This document shows, in pieces, positions 25,657-40,066 of a stretch of 64,000 bases of DNA. The stretch spans positions 5,952,001-6,016,000 of the forward strand of contig NW_026262593.1 in the NCBI RefSeq assembly GCF_021869535.1, given 5' to 3'. Position numbers and translations under genes: made by a program. This DNA comes from Mytilus californianus. Taxonomy: Eukaryota. The first letter of the stretch is position 1. Every line of letters begins with the position of its first letter. A model generated the notes under the pieces. The model was not told the DNA's origin and searched no databases. It saw nothing but the letters and a program-made list of their open reading frames with translations.

Positions 25657-28067
25657 ATTAGCAAATAAAATTAAATTTCTTTTCAAACATTCTTATTGAT
25701 AGTAAATAAAAAGAATTATTTAAGAGACAGAAAACACACCAAACGAAACATTTTTAATGACTTTAATTTGTCTTTTAAAAATTGCTTCATAAAAAGTTAA
25801 ATCACAAAAATACTGAACTCCGAGGAAAATTCAAAGCGGAAAGTCCTTAATCAAATGGCAAAGTTAAAAGCACAAACACATCAAACGAATGAACAACAAC
25901 TGTCATATTCCCGACTTGGTACAGACATTTTCTTATGTAGAAAATGGTGGATTGAACCTGGTTATATAGAGCTGAACCTCTCACTTGTATGACAGTCGCA
26001 TCAAATTCGCATAAACTATCAAAATTTTAAAATGTTCACTTTCAAAACTTTTTCCTTGCTCAGCTCACTGTTGATGACCTTTGTTCTTGCAATATTGGAC
26101 CCAAACATGAAGTTGTCTACATAACTGGTTTTTTTTCCCGTAATAGACTAAATAGCGATAAGGTGTATTAAGGAATAAACATTTCCCAGTTAATACAGGC
26201 TTGCGTTTTCTATCAACAATGTAACTGTATTTTAAAAAAAAGAGACACAGGCTGAAAATCACCCTTTTAACGCACGCCATCATAATTTGGTTGATTATAA
26301 ATATTGTCAAATTATCGTAAACACAATCCCGTATTTTTTTCCCTAGACTGAGACATTACTAATTGATTTCTCCAACCGCATTTTACTTGCAATGAGTTAA
26401 ACAGGGAGCAGAACAAGTGGAACTGGAACAGGTTTCCCTCTGGAACATCTAAAACGTTGTTGGTAGGGTTCGTGTTACACAATCGTTACTTTTCTGTGAA
26501 ATGGATTGTTGCTAGTTTTTTTCAGTTTTTTTTTTAAGGCAAAGTGATTTTAGACGCGCCCCGTTGGTATTGAATTATGCATTTGCCATTGAGTTGTTCT
26601 CATCTGGTTCAATAAAGGCAACAGTAGTTTATCTCTGTTCAAAAGTCACAAATCGAAATCATTCTTCATTAGCTATCGATTGGTCTTTGGTGAGACTTGC
26701 CTCATTGGCAATCATACCACATTTTCTTATTTTCATATTCATACAGGGACCATTCTACTTTCTCCTGCTGAAACAAATCATCGAATGTAAGATTTTAAAT
26801 CAGAAAAATAACAATGGGCTAATTAGCAAATAAAATTACATTTCTTTTCCAACATTCTTATTGATAGTATATAAAAAGAATTATTTAAGAGACAGAAATC
26901 ACATCAAACGAAACATTTTTAATGACTTTAATTTGTCTTTTAAAAATTGCTTCATAAAAAGTTAAATCACAAAAATACTGAACTCCAAGGAAAATTCAAA
27001 GCGGAAAGTCCTTAATCAAATGGCAAAATTAAAAGCACAAACACATCAAACGAATGGACAACAACTGTCATATTCCTGACTTGGTACAGACATTTTCTTA
27101 TGTAGATAATGGTGGATTGAACCTGGTTATATAGCGCTAAACCTCTCACTTGTATGAAAGTCGCATCAGATTCGCATAAACTATCAAAATTTTAAAATGT
27201 TCACTTTCCAAACTTTTTCCTTGCTCAGCTCACTGTTGATGACTTTTGTTCTTGCAATATTGGACCCAAACATGAAGTTGTCTACATAACTGTTTTTTTT
27301 TTTTTTCGTAATAGACTTAATAGCGATAAGGTGTATTGAGGAATAAACATTTTCCAGTTAATACAGGCTTGCGTTTTCTATCAACAATGTAGCTATATTT
27401 AAAAAAAAAAAAAGAGACACAGGCTGAAAATCACCCTTTTAACGAACGCCTTCAAAATTTGGTTGATTATAGGTATTGTCAAATTATCGTAAACACAATA
27501 GCGTATGTTTTCCCTAGACTGAGACATTACTGATTGGTTTTTCCAACCGCATTTTACTCGCAATGAGTTTAACAGGGAGCAGAACAAGTGGATCAGGAAC
27601 AGCTTTCCCTCTGGATCATCTAACACGTTGTTGATAGGGTTCATGTTACACAATCGTTACTTTTCTGTGAAATGGATTGTTGCTAGTTTTTTTCAGTTTT
27701 TTTTAAGGCAAAGTGATTTTAGACGCGCCCCGTTGGTATTGAATTATGCATTTGTCATTGAGTTGTTCTCGTCGGGTTCAATAAAGGCAACAGTAGTATG
27801 CCTCTGTTAAATAGTCACAAATCGAAATCATTCTTCATTAGCTATCGATTGGTCTTTGGTGAGACTTGTCTCATTGGCAATCATACCCCATTTTCTTATT
27901 TTTATATTCATACAGGGACCATTCTACTTTCTCCTGCTGAAACAAATTATCGAATGTAATATTTTAAATCAGAAAAATAACATTGGGCTAATTAGCACAT
28001 AAAAGTATATTTCTTTTTAAACATTCTTATTGATAGTATATAAAAAGAATTATTTAGGAGACAGAAA
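25657..28067. repeat. Tandem duplication, ~1165-1169 bp unit, 2 full copies plus a partial third
   Basis: ATTAGCA(A/C)ATAAAA starts at 25657, 26822 and 27991. High identity along the unit. Confidence 0.95.
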
Positions 28068-29136
28068 GAGGACAAGAAAAACCAACGGGGATAAAAGCAC
28101 TAAAATAAAAGTGGCACCGAAAAAGAGATAACATTGTACTTTTAGCATATCCATTGATAGTAAATAAAAAGGAGTAGATAAAAGACTCATTCATGCCACC
28201 TGTAAGGATTCGACACTAAATTCTAATCTCCATGTTCTCTAAATCTGGATCCTTATTTGCATATGCATAAAAAAGAAAAGACCTATAAACATTAAGACAC
28301 CTTAAATTTTTGCTTTACTATCTGTTTGTACATGCCTGAGACGGAATGCCATTGAAGGTTGCAAGCCATTAGATTTGGAGCTGTTGTTGCATTTATAAAA
28401 GAGGCTAAAAATTACCAGAGGACATCCAAACTCATAAGTCGAAAATAAACTGACAACGCAATGGCTAACTGGTTTATTGTGAAACTTGCAAATGAAAATA
28501 CTGCACATATCAGTAAAATGCACTTATTTCAGGGCTGTAAGTTTTTAATTGAGTATTTATTTGAGAACTGAAATTGACATTGTCATATCGTGAATGGTTT
28601 TTTTTTATTATCTGTCAGATATGTAATCGTCTATTTGTAGATAAACTCATCATATATACCAGGATTACATTTTTTTTTAACTTTTTCAACTGACTGTTCT
28701 TATGTATCCGCTTATCATTACCTTAAACTGAATTGCTAATACGCAGGGTTTTTAAAGATGAGAAATCATTATTGTTTTAGGGGTCTTTTCAGATATTATT
28801 TCGCATTGATAAAAGTATGAAAGATATAAATTCTTGAATAATCTATAAACATCGTCGCTATATCTTAGCGTTCAGATCGAGGCCTATGTTTTCGATTTTT
28901 TTTTTATTCTAAATTCATGAATGAAGGAATACTAGTTTTTTTTAGCTTACATTCTTTTTCGCAATACCATATTATTAGGGGTGCAATCTACACGTTGTTA
29001 TATCATGCAATTTACATCATCCGTGTGTCAATACTTAAATATCCTTGGCTTTCAATTTTTTGGCAAAAAGATGCACTTTGGACGCATAAAATTTATAGAG
29101 AGTTGTAATATTTTTGGATTGTTTATATTTTTATAG

Positions 29137-29801
29137 TCCTAACAGCAACAGTGCCAACTACCAAAATGACAACACCTGGACATTCTTCTGTGATCACTAC
29201 AGAGATGACAACCCCTACACAATCTGCAGTGAAATCAACAGAAATGACAACACCTGGACATTCTACAGTGAAAACTACAGAGATGACAACCCCTAGACAA
29301 TCTACAGTGAAATCAACAGAAATTATAACACTTGGTCAATCAAAAGTGTCATCTACCGACATGACAACGCCTGGAAATTCGACAATAATCACCTTACAAA
29401 TAACAAAACCGGGAGCATCTATAGTGACATCTATGAAAACGACAAAAATGTTGGAAATGTCCGAGGTCACTTCTGTTCAACCAATCAGACCACTGGAATG
29501 CCTATGTCCCTGTTCTAAGGTTGGAAAAGGCAAATGGGATTTCTTACATGGAATGAATCTGACTCTTGACCAATTAAGAGAAATACTGAAGCCAGAATTA
29601 GACCTAATGAAAAAAGAACTAAGTATCAACAAATCCAATACAACCCGGATGCGTCGTTCCAAGATATCAGCTCCAGATGATCGTGTATCAGCGGCATCCG
29701 TAGGATATGTTGGCGTCGTCTTCATTTGTCTTATTACAGTTATAATAGTTTTTCTTGACATGCTCGGTTGCATAGTCACCAAGTTTAAAAAACTTCCTTG
29801 A
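29137..29801 (+). CDS. Terminal exon of a membrane-anchored Thr/Ser-rich (mucin-like) protein of the type usually found with WSC domains in bivalves
   Basis: Acceptor ttttatag| at 29136, phase 1. 13-aa repeats TEMTTPGHSTVKT, then CLCPCS, a coiled region, SAPDDRVSAASVGYVG and the TM segment VVFICLITVIIVFLD, with a short basic tail. Confidence 0.85.
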
Positions 29802-31380
29802 TTACACCTTTCCATAAATTTTTGTGATGCTTTTTTGCGCAAGGGAATTTGTTAATACGTCTATACAACTAACTGCAAATGTACATCAGGAACATGTACA
29901 AGAGAAGCTTTTGGTATTTTAATAAATGAAGGAAATTTTTCTATACAAAGTTATTTTGTTCTGCAGTCATAATCATCTTTAGTTGCGAATGACTAACTGA
30001 TTGATTGTTACATAATTAACGCCCAGTCGCATTAGTTCATGCATATTCAGGACAAACACTGTTAACAGCTAATACAACATATAGGTAGGAACTGCAGATG
30101 GGACGTCAAGGTAAAGAGCTGGACAGTTCGACTGATTCTGGAAAACAATGGTATGTCGGATAGGGGCAGAAGTTATGCTCTTGTAACATGCCACCTTCAG
30201 ATCTATCAAAGAGTTGTTGCAAGGTCCTCAAACGTGCAGAGAGCGTAGCCCTCTCTCCTTAAAGTACATTGGATGTAAAGTTCCCGTTCTGACCAGACGT
30301 GTCATCGATTTTATACATACTTTGGCAAGGGTTTTACTAGCGGTTGAAGGAAGATCGATGTGACAAGTTTTGATACCCCAGTCACCCTTTGGTTTCTTTC
30401 ACGTATTTATTTGATTTTTTCATGCATTGTAATGTACAAATAAGAATTCAGCCTTTACTACATACTAAAGGACATAGAACCAGCATGGCATAAACTATTC
30501 TACCATGAAAGAAGAAATATGGTATATATAACAGACTTAATCCGTTGGAGGTGTACTTGTTGATTTTCTGTTTAGTGCTTGAGAATGTCATATATACATT
30601 TTGATCATGTAATTGTCGCTTTGAACATCCATACCTTTTCGGTCCATACGTTATGCCTTTTGTCATGCAAGCAGGTTTTTTGTGTTTTTGATGGTTTTTT
30701 TTATGATTGGTCCGATTGATCTAGACGTTATTACCGATTTTTATTCTTCGTTTCCATGCACTAGCATCAACCTTACACTAATTGTATGTTTCGATAATAA
30801 TGTTTGGTCAGCGAATCTCAATATCAATGTACATATACTAATGGATGCCAAACATATAATACAAGCAGACGAACTGGATCACTCTAAAGTAATGAATGCA
30901 GCCAAACATTTGCAAAAGGATCAGATTTATACACGAGGGAGGCGTTCAATAAAAACGTGCAATGTTATTGGCTACATTCTTTCTCTGTTGTTCCGTTATA
31001 TAATGAAATTTACTAAGATTTAATTTATGAACCTTGACATTGTAACAATAGTATTTGTTGAATGAAACAAAACCTTTTGGTTTGAATCAAGTATTGTTGC
31101 TGTCATTTTAGAGTTCGGTATTTTTGTTATACTTTCTTTCATAAACAAAGTTTAAACATATAAATAGTTTATATCTATATTATATACATGCATGTGGATC
31201 TACGTGGGAGGTAAATAGTAAATAGTAACAGCCACCAATATGCACATCTCTGAGTCTGCGCTAAGTATAGATATCTATCGAGAATTTTATCACGGTGTTG
31301 TTTACAAAGCGAAAGAAGCACGTCATATTAGAATTGGTAATAAATTAATAATAAGATCCATTTTGTTACATATACATATA

Positions 31381-32041
31381 AACAAGTCTAAATTGAAAAC
31401 AACGTTCAAACCTATGATTGCGTTGGATAAAAACCGCAATTTTTATACGTGTGCATGCAAAACAAATTTCTTGTTCGAGGGGTCTAAATACAGCACAAAC
31501 AACATTTTCCAAAAGACCAAAAAAGTGAAAAAGTATATTTTAACAAAACGCATTTGACTAACAGGTCGAACAACAAATGTTCTTAAATCCTGCTGACTGC
31601 CATTGGCGATTGCCAAATAAACGGATCACAAGGTGTAATAAATGGATCTTAACTATAAATTTAATACAAAACAGAAAACAATAAACTTGCGGCGAACATG
31701 GTATACCGCAAACAAAGGAGCAAAGATTTTTTGTACACCATATCCGGATTTCGACAATTAATGTCTCTTCAGTGATGTTAGGGATCGAAACGGTTATTGG
31801 AAGGCCACATAATTTACCTCAATTTAGGATAGACTCTTGAATTTTGAGGAGTCAAAATAGGATGAACGGATCATATAAACCCGAAGGCAAATATAATACA
31901 AGCCCAAACGAAAAAATATAAACAAGTCTAAATTGAAAACAACGTTCAAACCTATGATTGCGTTGGATAAAAACCGCAATTTTTATATATATATATAGGG
32001 TTTAAGAACATCAGTTGTTCGACCTGTTAGTCAAATGCGTT
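31381..32041 (-). mobile_element. Retrozyme / non-autonomous Penelope-like unit (540-bp period) with a terminal inversion
   Basis: ~67-bp direct repeat at 31381 and 31921. Contains a hammerhead. Segment 31547-31590 reappears inverted at 31998-32041. Confidence 0.7.
31735..31778 (-). ncRNA. Minimal type I hammerhead ribozyme
   Basis: Minus strand reads ACAUCA-CUGAAGA-GAC(AUUAAUU)GUC-GAAA-UCCGGA-UA/UGGUGU. Core CUGANGA and GAAA are intact. Stem I is 6 bp with one G-U, stem II is 3 bp, loop III is a palindromic hexamer. Predicted cleavage after 31741. Confidence 0.85.
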
Positions 32042-33668
32042 CATTTGGGGTTTGTCCTATAACTGGTACGATAACAGGCCGTAAGACGATTGTGTTTTCT
32101 GTCAAGAGAGAACATGACAGTAGTATATTTAGTAGGTTCAAAATCGTGATGTGATGTGCTGTTGGACTAACCTATTGACGAAAGGTTATCTTTTTAATCC
32201 TAATGTTATAAAACAAGTTCTTATCTCTAAACCTTCATTGTCAAACATTATGGTTACAACTTACTTGGTGTGCTTCCTCTTGAATATTGGGACGTTCCTG
32301 TGTTCTGGTAAATCTGAATTTCTGCAAGATGATTTGAAATATAACGACTTGGAACAGTTAAAATGTACGTACTGTATACAACTGAATATCACTTTTACCT
32401 TTTAATAATTTAATCTCTGGTTAAGTTTTGCATTATTGGTTTTTGTATCAGGAAAAAGTATGTATAAATCATGAACAAGATGGTATAAGAAAGCTGAAAC
32501 GTACACACAAGGTATATTTTTACCAAAACACTTTTTATGGTAAATTGATGTGGTCGTTACGTAGTATTTAAAGTGACTTTTTACAATTAAATTTTTGGAA
32601 AGTTGTTGATGTACATATGCGTATCGGATATGTTACCGGGATAATTTTTATTAACTTATTGAATATCCTATGTTGAGAGTATTCCGATTTTAAAACGGAA
32701 AGCCTTGACGTAGACTTAAAGACCAAACAGCCTATTGAAAGGTCGCGGTGACATACATTTCTTTGGACTTTATTTAAAAGAGTACACATAGCACGTTCCA
32801 TCTTGAAATTTTTATGAAAGAATCACCGGTAGATTTTTTTTAAAACTGGTAACGTTTTTTTTTTTTTTCTTTTTAATTATTACTTTTTGGCGGTTATGAA
32901 ATAAATCATACTTTTTAATATCAAAACAAAAAGAATCATAAACTTTAGAATCTTTAATCGATAGATACAAATCTTCTGTTTAACATGAGAAAAAAAAAAG
33001 AATTATGTACGGAGGTTCGATATCAATGGATTATTTGAAATTTTAAATAACCACCAAATAATGTTCATTATGGAGACAACACAAAACTGAGGTTGCTATA
33101 GTGACAAAATGAAGTCGGAATTATACATCATTTAGATTTTAATATAAAAAAAATAATAGGCACTAGTTGCCGCCACAAAACTAAAGAATAACTATTAGTT
33201 CTCTGACGTCACACGCATTTCCATTCAATACAATGTAGTATGCCTGTGCGTCTTTGCACTGACGTTACGCACGTTAGGGAGCTACCATTTGATTTTTAGA
33301 GGGGTGGGGCTAGGATGAAATTAAAAAAAAAAAGGCAGGACGGTAGTTTTGACTGAGTTAAAAAATAAAGGCAGGATGAGCAACTTGGCAAAAAAAAAAA
33401 GGCAGGATGACAATTTATGTAAAAAAAGTCAGAATAAACTATTTAAAAAAATGCAGGACCGAATAGAGCGAAAAATAAAAAGGCAGGACAGAGATTACAA
33501 CTAAAAAAAATGCAGGACAAAATTTTCATCCTAGCCCCCCACAGACTAGGCAGTTATTTCTGTTTCCAAAACATCAACAAATTGTTTTATAACATTTTAC
33601 AATAGTCTAAAATAAGGACAAAAATATTGGCAAAACGTCAAAGATATGCGTGTCAGACGTAACAGACT

Positions 33669-34303
33669 AACGTCACAGTACCCAAATTGCACCGAGTACC
33701 CAAATTGCACCCATTTAGCAAAAATAGCAGCGCAAATCTTACAAGTTTTCCCAGTGACTAAACACTTTGTATTTTTATGATTTGACATTATGTACGTCTT
33801 TCAACATAGCTAAATATATTTAAATATACACAAAACGTTGACAGTATATATCAACAGATGAAGTGTTTATAATACTGGAAAAAGTAAAATCTACGTAAAC
33901 GTCGCTATGCGACGTCCACAAAAAGTCAACTTTTAAAAATGAGCAATCAAAATATGTTACCATCCATTTCTTAAAAAATTAACAGAAAGTATGGACTATT
34001 GTCAAATTGCTCTATATATTTGGAGATATAAAACATAACATTAGTTATTCGATTTTTAAGGATGTGAATTTAAGCATGGATGCAATTTGGGTACTCCTCA
34101 TTACAGAATCATGGATCGTTTGGAGGTCGGTTTAAACCCATTTTCCTATGATTCAATATGGATTCAAAATTGAATTGGTGGAACTATATAGTAAATAAGG
34201 ATACATCTACAAAATAAACACAGAATCAAAACTTTTATCTTCATCATAAATAAACGTAGGTGAAAACACTGTCAAATTAGGTGCAATTTTGGTACCCTCA
34301 CGT
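33669..34303. mobile_element. MITE-like element with imperfect TIRs
   Basis: TAACGTCACAGTACCCAAATTGCACC at the left versus GGTGCAATTTTGGTACCCTCACGTTA at the right. The GTACCCAAATTGCACC motif is duplicated at the left end. Confidence 0.6.
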
Positions 34304-35293
34304 TATACGCATAATACATTTTATAGGAGTGTTTGTGCTCTTCGAAACAGTAAAATCCTCGAAAATTCGCATGAATGATATGCGTCATATATATAGTACT
34401 ACGTAATTACTGAATTTGCGTTGATGCAAAAGCCAAAGCTATTTTTGGCAAAAATAAATAGTCTTCACCGTGGTTTATTTCGGAAAAATGGTAAGATATC
34501 AAAATTTATAGGTTCTTGAAATATGTGAAATTTCGTTCTCATAAATCATGCTCACAAAAGTACATAGATAGACCAATTCAAAACTAAATTTTTACAGCCC
34601 TCACACCACAAATAAAAATGCAACGGCTTCTGGCAAATGTCTTGCATGAATGTCCAATGTCGAATTTCGCCGCTTTTTACATGTAAACTGTCAGTTGCGA
34701 CGTCATTTATCAAACATTTCGATTTGTTGCACATAAAATAGTGCTTTTCCGTAATTGTACTTTAATCCTTCAAAACAGTTACATACTTTTTGATAATTTG
34801 CATAGTCAAAACGGCTTCATTTATAAACAAATCCATGTCTTGCAAGTTTGTCCACTAGACGATTCAAAAGTTTCGTGTTTTTGGTGTTTAACGCAACTTT
34901 TAGCGCCCTTGGTTGTAATATCGGACAGTTTTTTTATGGTAGAGGAAGTCGGAGAACCTTTATTGTAATATAAGTTGTAAAACCGTAGAACAGACTCGCA
35001 AAATACACCAAATCCACAATTTTTGCTACAGATCTTACAACTGCGAAAAAACGCAATTTATAGGATATTTTCAAAAGGTAAAATGATTCAAAATGTCAGG
35101 AACTTTGAATTCAAAAAGAAAAATGACGACCTTTGCGATACAAATTATATTAAATATATATATCTGGACTTAAAATTGTATAACAGTGAAAAGTTAAATT
35201 CATTATTGTCTGAATATCCTCGAAAAACAGCTCGATACTTGGAACAGTCATTAACAAAACGCAGACAACACTTATATTTAAACAATTAACATG

Positions 35294-37807
35294 TATAGAT
35301 TATGAGTAGTAATAGTATCAACAAGACCAGACATTGTTGAAAAGGACATGATAATCGCGGTTTTGACAAACGATATAGATTATGAGTAGTAATAGTATCA
35401 ACAAGACCAGACATTGTTGAAAAGGACATGATAATCGCGGTTTTAACAGACGATATAGATTATGAGTAGTAATAGTATCAACAAGACCAGACATTGTTGA
35501 AAAGGACATGATAATCGGGGTTTTGACAGACGATATAGATTATGAGTAGTAATAGTATCAACAAGACCAGACATTGTTGAAAAGGACATGATAATCGCGG
35601 TTTTGGTAGACGATATAGATTATGAGTAGTAAAAGTATCAACAAGACCAGACATTGTTGAAAAGGACATGATAATCTCGGTTTTGACAGACGATATAGAT
35701 TATGAGTAGTTATTATTCAACAAGACCAGACATTGTAGAAAAGGACATGATAATCGCGGTTTTGACAGACGATATAGATTATGAGTATTAATAGTATCAA
35801 CAAGACCAGACATTGTTGAAAAGGACATGATAATCGCGGTTTTGACAGACGATATAGATTATGAGTAGTAATAGTATCAACAAGACCAGACATTGTTGAA
35901 AAGGACATGATAATCGCGGTTTTGACAGACGATATAGATTATGAGTAGTAATAGTATCAACAAGACCAGACATTGTTGAAAAGGACATGATAATCGCGGT
36001 TTTGACAGACGATATAGATTCTGAGTAGTAATAGTATCAGCAAGACCAGACATTGTTGAAAAGGACATGATAATCGGGGTTTTGACAGACGATATAGATA
36101 ATGAGTAGTAATAGTATCAACAAGACCAGACATTGTTGAAAAGGACATGATAATCGCGGTTTTGACAGACGATATAGATTATGAGTAGTAATAGTATCAG
36201 CAAGACCAGACATTGTTGAAAAGGACATGATAATCGGGGTTTTGACAGACGATATAGATTATGAGTAGTAATAGTATCAACAAGACCAGACATTGTTGAA
36301 AAGAACATGATAATCGCGGTTTTGACAGACGATATAGATTATGAGTAGTTATTATTCAACAAGACCAGACATTGTAGAAAAGGACATGATAATCGCGGTT
36401 TTGACAGACGATATAGATTATGAGTATTAATAGTATCAACAAGACCAGACATTGTTGAAAAGGACATGATAATCGCGGTTTTGACAGACGATATAGATTA
36501 TGAGTAGTAATAGTATCAACAAGACCAGACATTGTTGAAAAGGACATGATAATCGCAGTTTTGACAGACGATATAGATTATGAGTAGTAATAGTATCAAC
36601 AAGACCAGACATTGTTGAAAAGGACATGATAATCGCGGTTTTGACAGACGATATAGATTATGAGTAGTAATAGTATCAACAAGACCAGACATTGTTGAAA
36701 AGGACATGATAATCGGGGTTTTGACAGACGATATAGATTATGAGTAGTAATAGTATCAACAAGACCAGACATTGTTGAAAAGGACATGATAATCGCGGTT
36801 TTGACAGACGATATAGATTATGAGTAGTAATAGTATCAGCAAGACCAGACATTGTTGAAAAGGACATGATAATCGGGGTTTTGACAGACGATATAGATTA
36901 TGAGTAGTAATAGTATCAACAAGACCAGACATTGTTGAAAAGGACATGATAATCGGGGTTTTGACAGACGATATAGATTATGAGTAGTAATAGTATCAAC
37001 AAGACCAGACATTGTTGAAAAGGACATGATAATCGCGGTTTTGACAGACGATATAGATTATGAGTAGTAATAGTATCAACAAGACCAGACATTGTTGAAA
37101 AGGACATGATAATCGCGGTTTTAACAGACGATATAGATTATGAGTAGTAATAGTATCAACAAGACCAGACATTGTTGAAAAGGACATGATAATCGGGGTT
37201 TTGACAGACGATATAGATTATGAGTAGTAATAGTATCAACAAGACCAGACATTGTTGAAAAGAACATGATAATCGCGGTTTTGACAGACGATATAGATTA
37301 TGAGTAGTAAAAGTATCAACAAGACCAGACATTGTTGAAAAGGACATGATAATCGCGGTTTTGACAGACGATATAGATTATGAGTAGTAATAGTATCAAC
37401 AAGACCAGACATTGTTGAAAAGGACATGATAATCGCGGTTTTGACAGATGATATAGATTATGAGTAGTAATAGTATCAACAAGACCAGACATTGTTGAAA
37501 AGGACATGATAATCGCGGTTTTGACAGACGATATAGATTATGAGTAGTAATAGTATCAACAAGACCAGACATTGTTGAAAAGGACATGATAATCGCGGTT
37601 TTGACAGACGATATAGATTATGAGTAGTAATAGTATCAACAAGACCAGACATTGTTGAAAAGGACATGATAATCGCGGTTTTGACAAACGATATAGATTA
37701 TGAGTATTAATAGTATCAACAAGACCAGACATTGTTGAAAAGGACATGATAATCGCGGTTTTGACAGACGATATAGATTATGAGTAGTAATAGTATCAAC
37801 AAGACCA
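35294..37807. repeat. Homogeneous 80-bp minisatellite, ~31 copies
   Basis: Unit TATAGATTATGAGTAGTAATAGTATCAACAAGACCAGACATTGTTGAAAAGGACATGATAATCGCGGTTTTGACAGACGA. It generates the many 63-aa pseudo-ORFs. Confidence 0.98.
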
Positions 37808-39856
37808 CAAAGTATAACAGAAATATTTCCGATGACTGGGGTTGTTCATTTAGCCGAGGTTCTAAAGTTATGAAAAGGCTGTATTAAGAGAGGATAACAA
37901 ATCAGCCATTTATTTTCAAATTTGTGAGGCGTAAAACTGCGATTTGTTATTTTTCTGCAATACGATTCATATGAATAGAAATTGAAAGTAAAAATAAAAT
38001 TGTTGTGCCTAATGAGTTACACCTCGATATCATACAAAGCTATGACATTCCAAGCATATGGGATGAATATAACGATGTTTTTTCTGACAATCGTTTTATT
38101 TCTTAATTTAATTGTTCCGTTATTAAAAAAAGTAAAGTGTACTTTTTAAGTCAGACCTTTTTAACTTGTAATCCCACACACACTTTTTTTTATCAAAGTA
38201 AAATGGATATCTTCCTCCTTCTTCTCGGATTTAAATGGGGAAATATTACATGTTATTACGTTCTATATCATTTGGTCTCTGGTAGAGGATGGACTCATTG
38301 GCAATCATACAACATCTTCTTATTTTTATATAGACCCTATTATCTTACTCAAATACATATATCGTGTTGTTTGTTGCTTGCGTAACTTCCATTGGGAAAT
38401 ATTTCATGCATATTCAGCACGACAAAACATTTAGAAGTTAAAAAAAAAAAATTTGCCAACGAAAAAAAAAAAAAAAACATATCCTCGATTATCTGTGTAA
38501 AACGTCAAATGACGTTACCAATATCGTGCGTAACGTCACTGTAAGCTTGGGTAATTTAATGTTCGCCTAAAGCGTGTCTGGTTTACCTAATCATAAGCCT
38601 GTTATATTTGATGAGATTGTATTGATACAAAGTTTACAACTTGTGTAAATATTCATTTTACCTCGCTAAATAGTATAACATATTTAGGCCTAAGAGGTTG
38701 ATGATGATGCATGGATTGGTGTCTAACGTCAAGTCGCAAATATTACACAGATATCAGGACGAGAACATGTAAAAGAAATATGAATACTTACCCTGATTTG
38801 TCCTAGTGATTACCACTCTGAGGCTCTGAGCCGGACTTTTATCGTGCTAGTTCACAAGCTAAAAGTGCACAGGATGGCATATAAATAACAAGATGTGGGT
38901 GGTATAAGTGCCAATGAGACAACTCTCCATCCAAGTCACAATGTATAAAAAGTTAAAAATTATAGGTCAAAGTACGGCCTTCAACACGGAGCCTTGGCTC
39001 ACACCGAACAGCAAGCTATAAAGGGTCCTAAAATGACTAGTGTTAAACAATTCAAACAGGAAAATCAATGGTCTAATCTATATAAAAAACGAAAAACGAG
39101 AAACACCTATGAACCACACCAACAAACGACAACCACTGAAAAACAGGCTCCTGACGCAGGACACTCGCATAAAAATGCATCGGGTTTAAACGTTTTAACA
39201 GGCGCCAACCTTCACCCTAACCTGATACAGTAGTGTAAAATTACAACAAAAAAGACACACTATAAAATATCAATTGAAATGGCTATGCCTTCGTTCTTTC
39301 TCCTTAATGTCCCGTTCTTGGAGGAGAAATAGCACTTATAGAGTTTAAAGTCTTAGGTTGGACCAACCGGGGATTGAACGAACCACCTCCTGCACTTATG
39401 GCGAGAACGATAAGAACAGACCAACAAGGGGGTATAACTAAATTGAAGCATGTAGACTACTATCTTAAGCATGTGCGTACATTATTTTACTATATCCACA
39501 CAACAGAAGGGCACATCTTTATAGTTGATCTAATTGCTTTACAGAAAATGTGCTTTAATTTTTTTTTTACAATTTATTGTTGTAAATCAAAGTACTTTTC
39601 AATACATAAATCGTTATGGTGTGTAAGTCGAGTGGTCATTATAACTGTTATATCTTTTGCACCAATGTCCTAAATTTCAATTACCTCCATATGTTGTGAA
39701 AATAGAAGCGACATTAATATTATATGTAATGATTTGTAATGATTTAATCAATTTTGTCTAAACACTGATGATTTTCCTATTCAACATAGAAATTATAATT
39801 CACGACGAATAAATAGAAGTGTTTTTTTTAAATATTGACTTTGGTACATTTTTTAG

Positions 39857-40066
39857 CTGATATTAAGTTCCTGAAGAAAGAATTCGTTCAGATGAAAATG
39901 GAAAATAAACAGCTGCAAATGGATAACAAACGGTTGAGAGAAAATATAAATGACATCAACCAAACTGTTGAAGATATTAAAAGGGAAAAAGAGGCAACAG
40001 TGTTGAGAAAATATAACCCTTCTTTATCATCTTCTGGAGATGTCAAGAGATTAGTGTTGCCTGCAG
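39857..40066 (+). CDS. C1q-domain-containing protein, coiled-coil exon
   Basis: tttttag| acceptor and G|gtaact donor (phase 1-1). Reads DIKFLKKEFVQMKMENKQLQMDNKRLRENINDINQTVEDIKRE...KRLVLPA, a heptad pattern that splices in frame to the C1q exon. Confidence 0.8.

Noticed and set aside
29477-29842. 121-aa minus ORF and the 29114-29296 alternative frame
   Set aside because: Shadows of the real plus-strand mucin-TM exon.
30928-30955. Mariner-TIR-like CGAGGGAGGCGTTCAATAAAAAC
   Set aside because: No partner TIR or transposase found.
35318-37747. About 25 near-identical 63-aa ORFs, and a possible CRISPR-like look
   Set aside because: These are artefacts of an 80-bp unit, which is not a multiple of 3. 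There are no unique spacers and no cas genes, and the context is eukaryotic.
38545-38630. Retrozyme-like tail (CGTCACTG...GCGTGTCTGG...TAAGCCTG)
   Set aside because: The catalytic core is absent; too degenerate to call.
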